DNA of 48,666 nucleotides from the NCBI GenBank assembly GCA_030037955.1, contig JASHPT010000161.1, positions 1-48,666 on the forward strand, given 5' to 3'. The notes below the pieces were generated by a model. That model was not told the DNA's origin, ran no database searches, and saw only the letters and a program-made list of their open reading frames with translations. Both the position numbers and the translations under genes were made by a program. This DNA is from Thermoplasmata archaeon (lineage in GTDB: Archaea > Thermoplasmatota > Thermoplasmata > Lutacidiplasmatales > UBA184). Below are positions 9,005-18,040 of this stretch, piece after piece; position 1 is the first letter of the stretch; each line of letters opens with the position of its first letter.

Positions 9005-12000
9005 ATGGATTCGGAATCAGGCAGTTGGTGGAGCCGTTACGGCTGGACCACCACCCTGCTGCTGTCCGCATTCGCGATCGCCTTCCTCGTTCGGACGATT
9101 TTCACGCTCAGCGTCTTCGAGCAATATGGCTGGCTGTACGTCTACGGAGGCGGCTCGGACTCGTACTACCACTGGCGGGTCACGGAGTTCATCCTGACCA
9201 ATCACCGGAACCTGATCCACGACCCGCTGCTCAAGTACCCCCTCGGCGCGCTCAACCCGCGCGAACCGCTGTTCGACTGGATGAACGCGATCCTCGGGCT
9301 CCTGCTGGCGCCGATCTTCGGGGGCAGTGCGACGAATGCCGCCGCCTTCGCGCTCAACATCGATTCGCCGCTCTGGTCGGCGCTGACCGTCTTTCCGATC
9401 TACCTGATCGGGAAGGAGATCAGCTCGAAGCGGATGGGCCTGGTCGCGGCGCTGCTCTATCCGTGGGTCGTCGGGAGCATCCAGGCTGCCGACCTCGGCT
9501 ACGCGAACTACCTGACCTTCTACACGTTCTTCATCCTGATCTACTTCTACGCCTATCTTCGGACGGCGAAGGCCGTCAGCTCCAAGACCTACATCCAGAG
9601 CTTTCGGCATCCCCGGGAGGTCCTCGTCGGTCTCCGCGAGATGGTCCGTCAGGAGCGGCGGGCGGTCAAGTGGGCGGTCTTCTCCGGGGTGTCGCTGGGA
9701 GCGCTCGCGCTGGCCTGGCAGGGATACCCGCTGGCCGTGGCCATCGTGATCATCTCGCTCGCCGTCATCATGGTGGTCGAGCGGATCCGTCGGATCGACT
9801 CGGTCAATCTCTACGTCGTCACCTGGATCGCCGGGCTCATCGGCTTTCCCATGGCGGTGCCCTATTACCTGGGCCAGGGGCTCTTCGCCACCTGGTTCGA
9901 CCTTCCCCTGCTGATCTACTTCGGCGCCCTGATCGTCCTGCTCCCATTCGTCATTCTGCGGCAGTACCCCTGGGTCGTTACCGTCCCGGTGCTGGCCGGC
10001 GTGGTCGGAGTCGGCTTCGGGGCCCTCGCCGTCCTGGCGCCGTCTTCGTTCCAGACGCTCATCACGGGACAGGGCTACTTTGCCAAGACCCTGATCTACT
10101 CGACCGTTGCCGAGGCGCAGGCACCCTCGTTCGATGCGCTGGTCGTCTCCTACGGGATCCTGACCTTCTTCCTCGCCTTCGTCGGGCTCGCGCTGTTCGT
10201 ACTGAACCTCGCTCGGAAGAGGTTCCGTCGGGAACACGCCCTGTTCGTCGTCTTCGCCATCGTCACCATCTACCTTCCGATCTCGGCGGCGAAGTTCTTC
10301 TACGTCAGTTCCCCGACGTTCGCCCTCCTCCCCGCCGAGGCGCTCCTGATCATCCTGGACGTCGCGGGCTACTCCACCCTGCGTCGGTCGACCGAGTCGC
10401 TGGCCGGAAGTCGGGGGACCTTCACCGCCCTCCGGCGGTCGTTCAAGGCGCGGCACGTCCTCGTCCTCCTCCTGATCACGGCCCTCGTGGTGCCGAACAT
10501 CTGGTACTCGATCGACGCGGGCATCCCGTACAACACCAAGTCGGGCTACAGCACACAGGTCTTCGACAGCCTGCCCTCGTTCCTGCAGACCAACGCGAGC
10601 AACGCCTCGAGCTTCTACCTCGGCGCCTCCGGGATCGACCTCGACACGCCGAATCAGTACGACGAGGCGGGCTACAATTGGCTCGCCACCCAGGATACGA
10701 ACCTCGCCTACTCGTCGCGTCCCGCCTTCGTCAGTTGGTGGGACTACGGGTTCCAGGCCATCGCCGAGGGCCAGCATCCCTCCGTCGCGGACAACTTCCA
10801 GAACGGCATCCCCGCCGCCGGGAACTTCTTGCTCGCGCAGAACGAGTCCCTGGCGATCGGCGTGCTCGCGACGACCTTGCTGGCGGCCGAGCAGCAGGCG
10901 ACCAACCTGCCGTACCTGCCCCCGGCACTCAACACCCTCCTGGCGTCGGACGGTGTCAACCTCGCCGAGCTGCACACGCTCCTCGCGAACACCTCCGCCG
11001 ACGTGACCCTCGTCGTGAACCACCCCGACCGGTATCTGGCCGTGGATCCCTCGACGATCACTCCGACGAACGCCATGTTCGATGCCGTGAGCTGGTTCCT
11101 CGCGAACACGCTCACGGAGAACGGCGTGGCCACCGTCTACGACGACATCCAGTCGTACACCGGGTGGACGATCCGGTACGCGATGGTGGACGACCGGCTC
11201 TTTCCCTTCACGGGGACGAACACGGGGATCTTCTACGCGCCGGCCGAACTGACCGGCCGCGTCATCGGGGAGGACGGGGCCCCCACGACGTACTACACGA
11301 TCGAGGCCGAGGGGTCGGACGGCAACGTCTACCCGCTCAACGAGGTGCCCTCCGGCGTCAGCATCGTGAACTACGTCCTGAATCAGCTGGCACCGTTCTA
11401 CAACTCGATGATCTACCGGATCTACATGGGCTACAACGGGACGGACATCGGCCTCAGTCCGGGGATCCCCGGCCTCGAGGGCTCGCTCACGAGCTACACG
11501 CCGGAGCCCGGCTGGATGCTCCAGCACTTCGAGGTAACCTACCGCACGGCCTACTATTCCCCCACCGCGACGACCTCCTCCACGGACTGTGACATTGCGA
11601 CCAACTATCCCCAGGCCGAGGCGCTGGCCGCGAAGACCAACGGCACGGCCAACCTCGGGTCGGACTGCTACTTCAACGGCGGGGAGGCCATCCTGGAGTA
11701 CTACCCTGGCCAGCCGCTGTCGGGGACGATCACGCTCCCGAACGGCTCACCGATCGCGGGTGCCCGGGTCACCGTCTACGACAGCTGGGGGATCCCCCAC
11801 CAGACGGTCCTCACCTCCGCCGACGGTTCCTATTCCGTGATCCTGCCGCCCGGCAACGACACGCTGAACGTCACGAGCGGGAACCTGCAGGGCCTGGGCC
11901 AGAACGGCACCGAGCTCCTCGAGTCGATCCACCTGTACGTGGCTCCGGCGCTGGGCTTCAGCCTCACCGCCGTCCCGATCTCGCAGAACATCGTGCTCCA

Positions 12001-15000
12001 GCCGGGGTCCGTCGACGGCTTCGTCTACTGGAACTCCACCGGCAACCAGACCTACGAGTCCTCCGTGGACCCTCCGGCGGTCGGGGCGAGCGTCACCCTC
12101 AGCAGCGCCGGGGTCCAGAACTACACGGCGACCACGGATTCGGCGGGCAGCTTCCACCTCACGAACGTGGCGCCCGGGGTGTACAACTACAGCGTTCGGG
12201 CGGCCGGTGTGACCTTCTCGGCGGGCCAGGTGGCCGTGCCCGCGGGCGGCATGGCCAACGCCACCGCGGGCCTCGTTCCCTCCCAGCTCAAGGGAACGGT
12301 GACGCTGCCCTCCGGCTCTCTGGTGTCGGGCGCTACGGTCACGGTCTGGAACGCGACCGGCTTCTCCGAGAGCACGGTCACGAATGCCTCCGGTGGCTAC
12401 GTGTTCTCGAACCTGGTACCCGGAAACTTCAGTGTCCGGGCCGTGAGCGGCTCGACCCTCGCGAGCAATGCCTCCGCCGCCGAGCTCAACTCCACCACCA
12501 ACCGCACCCTGACGCTCGGGCTCACGCTGGTACCGGTCGTTCCGATCAGCTTCCAGGTCCAGGTCAGCGGGACCCCGGTGCCGGGCTTCACCGTTCGGCT
12601 GACGCCGATCCGGTCGACCGTCGGCTCCGCCTCGACCCAGTCTCCCCGGCCCTCCGCCGCCCTGGTCTTCACCAGCGACGCCACGGGAACCGTCCACGCC
12701 ACCGTTCCGGCCGGGAACTACTCGATCTACGGCTACGGGCCGGTCGGCTCGACGTTCGTCACCGGCTTTGAGAGCGCCTATCTCCCCAGTTCGACCACGA
12801 CCATCACGGTCGCCCCCCTCAAGCTGTCCACGCCGGTTCTCCTGACGGGCCAGTCGTCCCTGCCCTCCGGGATCCTGAGCAGTGAGGTCAGCGCGACGCA
12901 GATCTCGCTCTACGACAAGTCCGGCAATGAGCTCACCTTCTTCGCCAACAGTTCCGGGTCCTGGTCGGTCTATGCGCCGGCCGGCAACTACAGTGTGCAG
13001 GCGCTCGCGACCGAGGTCTCCCCCTCGGTGGGCAACTTCTCCGCCGTGGCGTACTTAGATCTCGTCCGGACCACGTCCATTTCGCTCCCGCTCACCTCCG
13101 GGTTCAACTTCGCCACGACCCTCGGCGCTCTGGTGCCGGGCGGGACCTTCTATCCGGTCCAGGCCGGCGAGGTCCACCTGACCGTGAACCCGGCCGGGGC
13201 CACGCTCAGCACGCTCACGGCCTCCAACGGTGGAGTCAGCTTCCTCGTACCCACGGCGACGTCCTCGACGACGTACTGCCTGTCCGCGTCGGCGACCGGG
13301 TTCGGCAGCTACCAGACCTGTAGCCTCTCGGCCGGCTCGCTCACGAGCCTCACCCGGATCGTGGTCCCGCTGCTCAACGTGACGCTGCAGGTCTCCGTCA
13401 CCGGGCTTCCCTCCGGCGGAACGCTGCGGCTCAACGCGACCGCGATGGGGGTGCCGGCGCAGAGCCGGTCGGTCACCGGCGGGTCGTCATTCTCCGTCTC
13501 GCTCGCTCCCGGTCCGTACCAGATCACCGCCTGGGCGCCGCCGACATCCGGGACCGGCGTGCTCCAGCCTCCCGAGTCAATCAACGTGACGCTCCCGGTC
13601 GGCATCAGTCCGACCAACCTCACGGTCCAGCTCTACCGGCAGGTCACCGCGACCGGCACCCTGTCGCTCCCGTCGGGCGTGAGCTCGTCGGACGTGCAGG
13701 TACGGATCTATGGCCTACCGTTCAACTTCACCGTCACGGGAAAGACGTACCTCTCGGGCTTCCGGATCGCGCCGGGCACCTACTCCGCCTACGCCTCTGC
13801 GTCCGTGAGCGGAGTCAACTACACCTCGCTCGCGATCGTCACGGTGAACGCCACCGGCACCACGACGCCGACGTTGACGCTCAGCACCGGCGTCCCGGTC
13901 GTCGCCAGGTTGGTCGGCCCGAGCGGAGGGACGCTGGTGCTGTCCGTGCCCGTCTACTGGTCGGGTCCCGGAGGGACCCAGCTGTACTCGCTGTCCACGA
14001 ACGGGACGGTGAGCCTTACGCTCCCCGGCCCGGCGACGTATACACCCTCGGTCAACGTCACCGTAGCCGTCACCGTCGGCGGCGTGCTCCGCTACGCCAC
14101 CTACGCCGTCGTCGCGGGCACGACCTGTTCGGTCGGCACGAGCGCATCGACCTGCTCGATCCCCCTGACCGTCGTCTATCACCCGGCGGGGATCAGCGGC
14201 CAGATGTACTGGAACGGGGGGCCGCTCACGATCTCGGGGACGGTGCGTCTGATGGGCCCGTACCCGTCGACCAATACGACCTCGGTCACGACGACGAACG
14301 GGGCCTTCTCGCTCGCCGTCCTCCCGGGGGTCTACACCCTCTACGCGACCGCGGGCTCCGGCTCGGGGGTGTTCGCCGCCCTCCTGCAGGTCACGGTCCC
14401 GTTCCCGTCGACCACCGTCAACGTCACGCTGTCTCCGGCGTGGACCGACCTGCTCACGCTGGTAGCGCCTTCGGGCGTATCGTCGCTGGCGACGGGGAAT
14501 GTCACGTGGACCAGCTCCACCGGCGTGTCGTGGACGTCCACCGGGGTCGCGCTCGGCACGCAGTCGGCCTGGGTCCTTCCGCTCGGCACCTGGACCGTCG
14601 TCGGGAACGGGACGGCGGTCATCGTGGGTCAGTCGGTCCCGACGACCGCCTCCGGCACCGTGACGCTCCTCCTCGGGAACCAGGCCACCAGTCTCACGCT
14701 CGTGCCCTCCTACACGCGCTCGGTCGTCATCACGACGCTGCCGCCGACCTCGGCGACCGTGCCGGCCGGCGGGAGTGCGACCTTCTCGTTCACGGTGACG
14801 AACACCGGTAACACGCCGGTGACCATCCGGCTCTACGGTGACCCGTCGAGCTGGAACTTCACGTTCAGTCCCACGACGGTGACCCTCGGGGTCGGACCCG
14901 GCAATTCCACGGCCGGCGGAACCGTCGTGGTCCGGGTGCCCTACGGGGCGACCACCAACCACGCACCGGTGGCCCTGGGTGCCATGCTGTCCGCGAGCCC

Positions 15001-15568
15001 GAACACCGTCATCGGCTCCTCGTCCCCGTCCCCGACGGTCAACGTCATCCCGGTCCCGGGCATCTCGATCACCCCGAACCCCTCGGGGGCGTCGGTCGGC
15101 CCGATGACCGCCACGGTGCAGTTCTCGGTCGAGAACACGGGGAACACACCCTACCAGGCCGCCGTGACCGTCGCCGATCAGGTCCAGCTCGAGCAACTCG
15201 GCTGGACGGTGAGCCTCCTCCAGGGGTCGTCGGCCGCCGCATCGACCGTGAGCATCGGCCCCGGCCAGACCCTCGTCTTCTCGGTCGTGCTGACGACGTC
15301 CGGGTACGCCCAGCCCCCGGGCACGATCGCCGTCCAGGCCCAGGCCGTGAACACGACCGGGAACGCCATCGCCTCGGCGGAGATCTCGGTACCCACCGGC
15401 GTCGTGAGCGCTCCGAACGGGATCACCGTATCCGGGCCGCACGTCGGGACTCCCCCGGTGCTGCCGGACTGGGCCTGGACCGTGATCGCGATCCTGCCGG
15501 CCATCGCCTTCCTGGCGATCCTCCTGACGGTGCGATGGTGGCGGACCCGGCGGTGGGTCCGCAGGTAG
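9005..15568 (+). CDS. aglB: STT3-family oligosaccharyltransferase AglB fused to multiple carboxypeptidase-regulatory-like/Ig-like domains and a C-terminal membrane anchor
   Basis: Multi-TM N-terminus, SDSYYH, TVAE, SWWDYG, DNFQ; then Ser/Thr-rich beta repeats (G.V...G..V.GATV, PG.Y), final TM and basic tail. Confidence 0.88.
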   Translation: MDSESGSWWSRYGWTTTLLLSAFAIAFLVRTIFTLSVFEQYGWLYVYGGGSDSYYHWRVTEFILTNHRNLIHDPLLKYPLGALNPREPLFDWMNAILGLLLAPIFGGSATNAAAFALNIDSPLWSALTVFPIYLIGKEISSKRMGLVAALLYPWVVGSIQAADLGYANYLTFYTFFILIYFYAYLRTAKAVSSKTYIQSFRHPREVLVGLREMVRQERRAVKWAVFSGVSLGALALAWQGYPLAVAIVIISLAVIMVVERIRRIDSVNLYVVTWIAGLIGFPMAVPYYLGQGLFATWFDLPLLIYFGALIVLLPFVILRQYPWVVTVPVLAGVVGVGFGALAVLAPSSFQTLITGQGYFAKTLIYSTVAEAQAPSFDALVVSYGILTFFLAFVGLALFVLNLARKRFRREHALFVVFAIVTIYLPISAAKFFYVSSPTFALLPAEALLIILDVAGYSTLRRSTESLAGSRGTFTALRRSFKARHVLVLLLITALVVPNIWYSIDAGIPYNTKSGYSTQVFDSLPSFLQTNASNASSFYLGASGIDLDTPNQYDEAGYNWLATQDTNLAYSSRPAFVSWWDYGFQAIAEGQHPSVADNFQNGIPAAGNFLLAQNESLAIGVLATTLLAAEQQATNLPYLPPALNTLLASDGVNLAELHTLLANTSADVTLVVNHPDRYLAVDPSTITPTNAMFDAVSWFLANTLTENGVATVYDDIQSYTGWTIRYAMVDDRLFPFTGTNTGIFYAPAELTGRVIGEDGAPTTYYTIEAEGSDGNVYPLNEVPSGVSIVNYVLNQLAPFYNSMIYRIYMGYNGTDIGLSPGIPGLEGSLTSYTPEPGWMLQHFEVTYRTAYYSPTATTSSTDCDIATNYPQAEALAAKTNGTANLGSDCYFNGGEAILEYYPGQPLSGTITLPNGSPIAGARVTVYDSWGIPHQTVLTSADGSYSVILPPGNDTLNVTSGNLQGLGQNGTELLESIHLYVAPALGFSLTAVPISQNIVLQPGSVDGFVYWNSTGNQTYESSVDPPAVGASVTLSSAGVQNYTATTDSAGSFHLTNVAPGVYNYSVRAAGVTFSAGQVAVPAGGMANATAGLVPSQLKGTVTLPSGSLVSGATVTVWNATGFSESTVTNASGGYVFSNLVPGNFSVRAVSGSTLASNASAAELNSTTNRTLTLGLTLVPVVPISFQVQVSGTPVPGFTVRLTPIRSTVGSASTQSPRPSAALVFTSDATGTVHATVPAGNYSIYGYGPVGSTFVTGFESAYLPSSTTTITVAPLKLSTPVLLTGQSSLPSGILSSEVSATQISLYDKSGNELTFFANSSGSWSVYAPAGNYSVQALATEVSPSVGNFSAVAYLDLVRTTSISLPLTSGFNFATTLGALVPGGTFYPVQAGEVHLTVNPAGATLSTLTASNGGVSFLVPTATSSTTYCLSASATGFGSYQTCSLSAGSLTSLTRIVVPLLNVTLQVSVTGLPSGGTLRLNATAMGVPAQSRSVTGGSSFSVSLAPGPYQITAWAPPTSGTGVLQPPESINVTLPVGISPTNLTVQLYRQVTATGTLSLPSGVSSSDVQVRIYGLPFNFTVTGKTYLSGFRIAPGTYSAYASASVSGVNYTSLAIVTVNATGTTTPTLTLSTGVPVVARLVGPSGGTLVLSVPVYWSGPGGTQLYSLSTNGTVSLTLPGPATYTPSVNVTVAVTVGGVLRYATYAVVAGTTCSVGTSASTCSIPLTVVYHPAGISGQMYWNGGPLTISGTVRLMGPYPSTNTTSVTTTNGAFSLAVLPGVYTLYATAGSGSGVFAALLQVTVPFPSTTVNVTLSPAWTDLLTLVAPSGVSSLATGNVTWTSSTGVSWTSTGVALGTQSAWVLPLGTWTVVGNGTAVIVGQSVPTTASGTVTLLLGNQATSLTLVPSYTRSVVITTLPPTSATVPAGGSATFSFTVTNTGNTPVTIRLYGDPSSWNFTFSPTTVTLGVGPGNSTAGGTVVVRVPYGATTNHAPVALGAMLSASPNTVIGSSSPSPTVNVIPVPGISITPNPSGASVGPMTATVQFSVENTGNTPYQAAVTVADQVQLEQLGWTVSLLQGSSAAASTVSIGPGQTLVFSVVLTTSGYAQPPGTIAVQAQAVNTTGNAIASAEISVPTGVVSAPNGITVSGPHVGTPPVLPDWAWTVIAILPAIAFLAILLTVRWWRTRRWVRR

Positions 15569-15574
15569 CCTCGA

Positions 15575-16393
15575 ATGATCGCTCGCTCCGGTCCGGTGCT
15601 CCCCTCGCTCGCGGTCCTGCTCGTGCTGCTGCTGCTCGTCTCCGGGCTCGCGCTCGGCGTGTCGGGCGCGATCCGCCCGGCGAGCACCCCGGCGCTCGTG
15701 GGCACGATCGCGGGGCCGTCGATCGTGGGGGAGTCGTTGACGGCGCAGTACATCGTGAACGGCTCGGGCGGACCGGCCGAGGCCGCGAACGGCACGACGG
15801 TCGGGAACATCACCTTCAACGCGACGCTCTCGGGCAACAACGTCTCGACGGCATCGATCAATCCGTCGACCGGGGTCCTCATCAACGGCAGCGAGATCCT
15901 GCGCTTCACCGCGCCGAGCGTGGTCGAGGTCGTGACGCTCCGCGTGGAGCTCACCTCGAGCTATGCCGGTGCGAACGAGTCGGCGAACTTCACGACGCGC
16001 ATCAGTGTCGTCGCCCCGTACGTGCTCGCCGGCACGCTGTATTCCGGCTCGACGACGGTCCAGGAGTTCAACATGACCGTCACGCTGGACGGGGTGCCGG
16101 TGGGCCAGGTGTCGGTTCCGACGCTCTCCGCCGAGACCTCGCACGCCTTCAGCTTCGATTACGTGACGGCGCACCTGAGCCCGGGATGGCACACGCTCGC
16201 GGTCTCGCTGGCCGATGAGCACGGGTTCGTGACCTTCACGGGCGGCGTTCAGCAGTACGCGGTACGATTCTACATCGCCAGCGCGCCGCCGGACTACACG
16301 CTGGACGTCGCGGTCGGGATCGCCGCCTTCGCCGTGGCCGTCTTTATATGGGGGTCCGTGGTGGGCGCGCGCCGCGGCCGGCGCGCCCGGTAA
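15575..16393 (+). CDS. Secreted Ig-like surface protein with signal peptide and C-terminal TM anchor
   Basis: Hydrophobic N-terminus, N-X-S/T sequons, PGWHTL.V Ig-type motif, C-terminal TM plus RRGRRAR. Confidence 0.75.
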   Translation: MIARSGPVLPSLAVLLVLLLLVSGLALGVSGAIRPASTPALVGTIAGPSIVGESLTAQYIVNGSGGPAEAANGTTVGNITFNATLSGNNVSTASINPSTGVLINGSEILRFTAPSVVEVVTLRVELTSSYAGANESANFTTRISVVAPYVLAGTLYSGSTTVQEFNMTVTLDGVPVGQVSVPTLSAETSHAFSFDYVTAHLSPGWHTLAVSLADEHGFVTFTGGVQQYAVRFYIASAPPDYTLDVAVGIAAFAVAVFIWGSVVGARRGRRAR

Positions 16394-16408
16394 CCGGCCC
16401 TCCTCAGC

Positions 16409-16582
16409 ATGCTCGCGCGTTCGGAACTCCGATGCACCTCGTGCGGCCGCGGGCTCACCGGCCCGGGCGCGACGGCGTTCCTCTGTCCGTCCTGCGGCAC
16501 GGAGACGATCGGCCGGGACGGCCGCTGCCGGGACCAGAGCGTGCCGTACACCTGCAAGAACTGCGGTTTCGTGGGCCCGTAA
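16409..16582 (+). CDS. Small Zn-finger protein (DUF1610/HVO_2753-like)
   Basis: Manual: MLARSELRCTSCGRGLTGPGATAFLCPSCGTETIGRDGRCRDQSVPYTCKNCGFVGP; family usually lies directly upstream of archaeal EF-1beta. Confidence 0.88.
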   Translation: MLARSELRCTSCGRGLTGPGATAFLCPSCGTETIGRDGRCRDQSVPYTCKNCGFVGP

Positions 16583-16596
16583 CGCGGGAGCGGACG

Positions 16597-16863
16597 ATGG
16601 GCGACGTGGTCGTGCTCCTCCGGTTGATGCCGCACGGCGTCGAGACGGACATGAACGCGCTCGCGGCCGGCGTCAAGGGCGCCGTCCCCGAGGGCGTCCG
16701 TCTCCGAGGGATGCAAGTGAAGGACATCGCCTTCGGCCTCAAGGCGCTCCTGGTCGCCGCCGAGATGCCGGACGCCGGGGGCGTCCTGGACCGGCTCGAG
16801 GGAGCCCTCGCCAAGGTCCCGGGCGTCGAATCCGTCGAGGTCATGGAAGAGAGCCTGATCTGA
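16597..16863 (+). CDS. ef1b: Archaeal elongation factor 1-beta
   Basis: MGDVVVLLRLMP, IAFGLKAL, VESVEV; 88 aa from ATG 16597. Confidence 0.93.
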   Translation: MGDVVVLLRLMPHGVETDMNALAAGVKGAVPEGVRLRGMQVKDIAFGLKALLVAAEMPDAGGVLDRLEGALAKVPGVESVEVMEESLI

Positions 16864-16945
16864 ACCGTTCGCCGGGCGCCGCCCGGTCGCTGTCGCTGCG
16901 CACGGCCGAAAACCCTTTTCTCCCGGACCGCTGTCATTCGCTCGC

Positions 16946-17053
16946 GGCCGGGATGGGGTAGTCTGGCCTATCCTGGGGGACTGTGGATCCCTCGACCCGG
17001 GTTCAAATGGGAGCGGGGACACCCCCCGACCCCGGAGAGTCTCGGTCCCGGCC
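16946..17053 (+). tRNA. tRNA-His(GTG) with encoded G-1 and a 32-nt intron in the T-loop (17008-17039)
   Basis: Acceptor GCCGGGA/TCCCGGC, G-1:C73, anticodon arm GGGGA-CTGTGGA-TCCCT, T-stem CCGGG/CTCGG; removing 17008-17039 restores TTCAAAT loop; CCA not encoded. Confidence 0.9.
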
Positions 17054-17911
17054 CTACTTCCGTCGGCGACGCGCCGGGGACGACCGGCTCCGCCGGGGCT
17101 GGGTGAGCCGAGCCAACTCTTCGGGCAGGCCGGCGAGCGTATGGTCGGCCCACGCGGCGCCCCACTGCTGGAGGTCCTTCGGGGCCAGGGACCACCCGGG
17201 CAGGCTCGAGGCCCGTCCGAGGGCGGTGACCCCAGGAACGGACGAGGCCGCCTCCATGTCGAATCGGGAGTCTCCGACCAGGAACACCGGCACCGCCGGG
17301 TACCGACGCCGGTACTCGGCGAGGTGCTCCCGCTTCGTTCCCTGACCGGCGCCGAGCACCGACTCGAACCAGTAGCGGATCCCCTCGCGCTCGAGCAGGA
17401 GGTCCGCGATCTCCTTCTCCGCCCCCGTCGAGATCACGAGCGTCCACTGCTCCTGGGAGAGCCGCTTCAGCAGCCGCGGAATCTCGGGGAACGGGTGGGC
17501 GGTCCCGTAGGCCTCTTTGGCCTTCCGCTGGTGGAAGCGAAGGGCCACCCGATGCCGTTCGCCCGCCGGGACCGTCGGATACAGCTGGGCCAGTTGGGCC
17601 TCGAACGGAAGGCCGGTCGTGGCGAGATAATGGATCCGGGCCTCGTCCGGCGGAGTGCCGAACTCCTTGGACATGACGTCCGCGGCGACCTCGCTGATGT
17701 GGTTCAGGTCATCCAGAATGGTCCCGTCCAGGTCGAAGACGACCACGCCGCGCGGCACGCGGCGCGGCTCCGGCGGCGGCTCCTCCGGCAAGGGGGAGGG
17801 CTCTGGGGTATCGAGGGACTTGGTCGCGAGGACGGGCAAGGGAATCTGGGGCGCTTCCTCGTCGGTGGCTTCCTCGTCCTCCGTCGGCGGCGCGTGGTGG
17901 CCCGGGCTCAC
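17054..17911 (-). CDS. HAD-superfamily hydrolase (phosphatase) with acidic/Pro-rich N-terminal extension
   Basis: FDLDGT motif I, ST motif II, K, VGDSRFD motif IV; GTG 17911 about 25 nt downstream of TTTATC box. Confidence 0.82.
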   Translation of the reverse strand: MSPGHHAPPTEDEEATDEEAPQIPLPVLATKSLDTPEPSPLPEEPPPEPRRVPRGVVVFDLDGTILDDLNHISEVAADVMSKEFGTPPDEARIHYLATTGLPFEAQLAQLYPTVPAGERHRVALRFHQRKAKEAYGTAHPFPEIPRLLKRLSQEQWTLVISTGAEKEIADLLLEREGIRYWFESVLGAGQGTKREHLAEYRRRYPAVPVFLVGDSRFDMEAASSVPGVTALGRASSLPGWSLAPKDLQQWGAAWADHTLAGLPEELARLTQPRRSRSSPARRRRK

Positions 17912-18040
17912 GTCGCGGCCGACGCAACCGGGCAGATAAAGCACCCCGCGCCGGCGGCGCGGGCACGCGCTATATGGCCCGGGACGCTCCGGTCGAGGGC
18001 AGAGTCTCCGCCGCCATAGGCGGTCCTGCCCGGAAGTTCG

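Noticed and set aside
11700-15450. CRISPR or DNA tandem repeats in the repetitive-looking aglB tail
   Set aside because: Repetition is protein-level (Thr/Ser/Val/Gly-rich domains); no exact repeat-spacer pattern seen
16864-17100. tRNA-His as an integration site or the T-loop insert as an att scar
   Set aside because: No integrase and no duplicated tRNA 3' end seen; flanks are core genes; insert has BHB geometry
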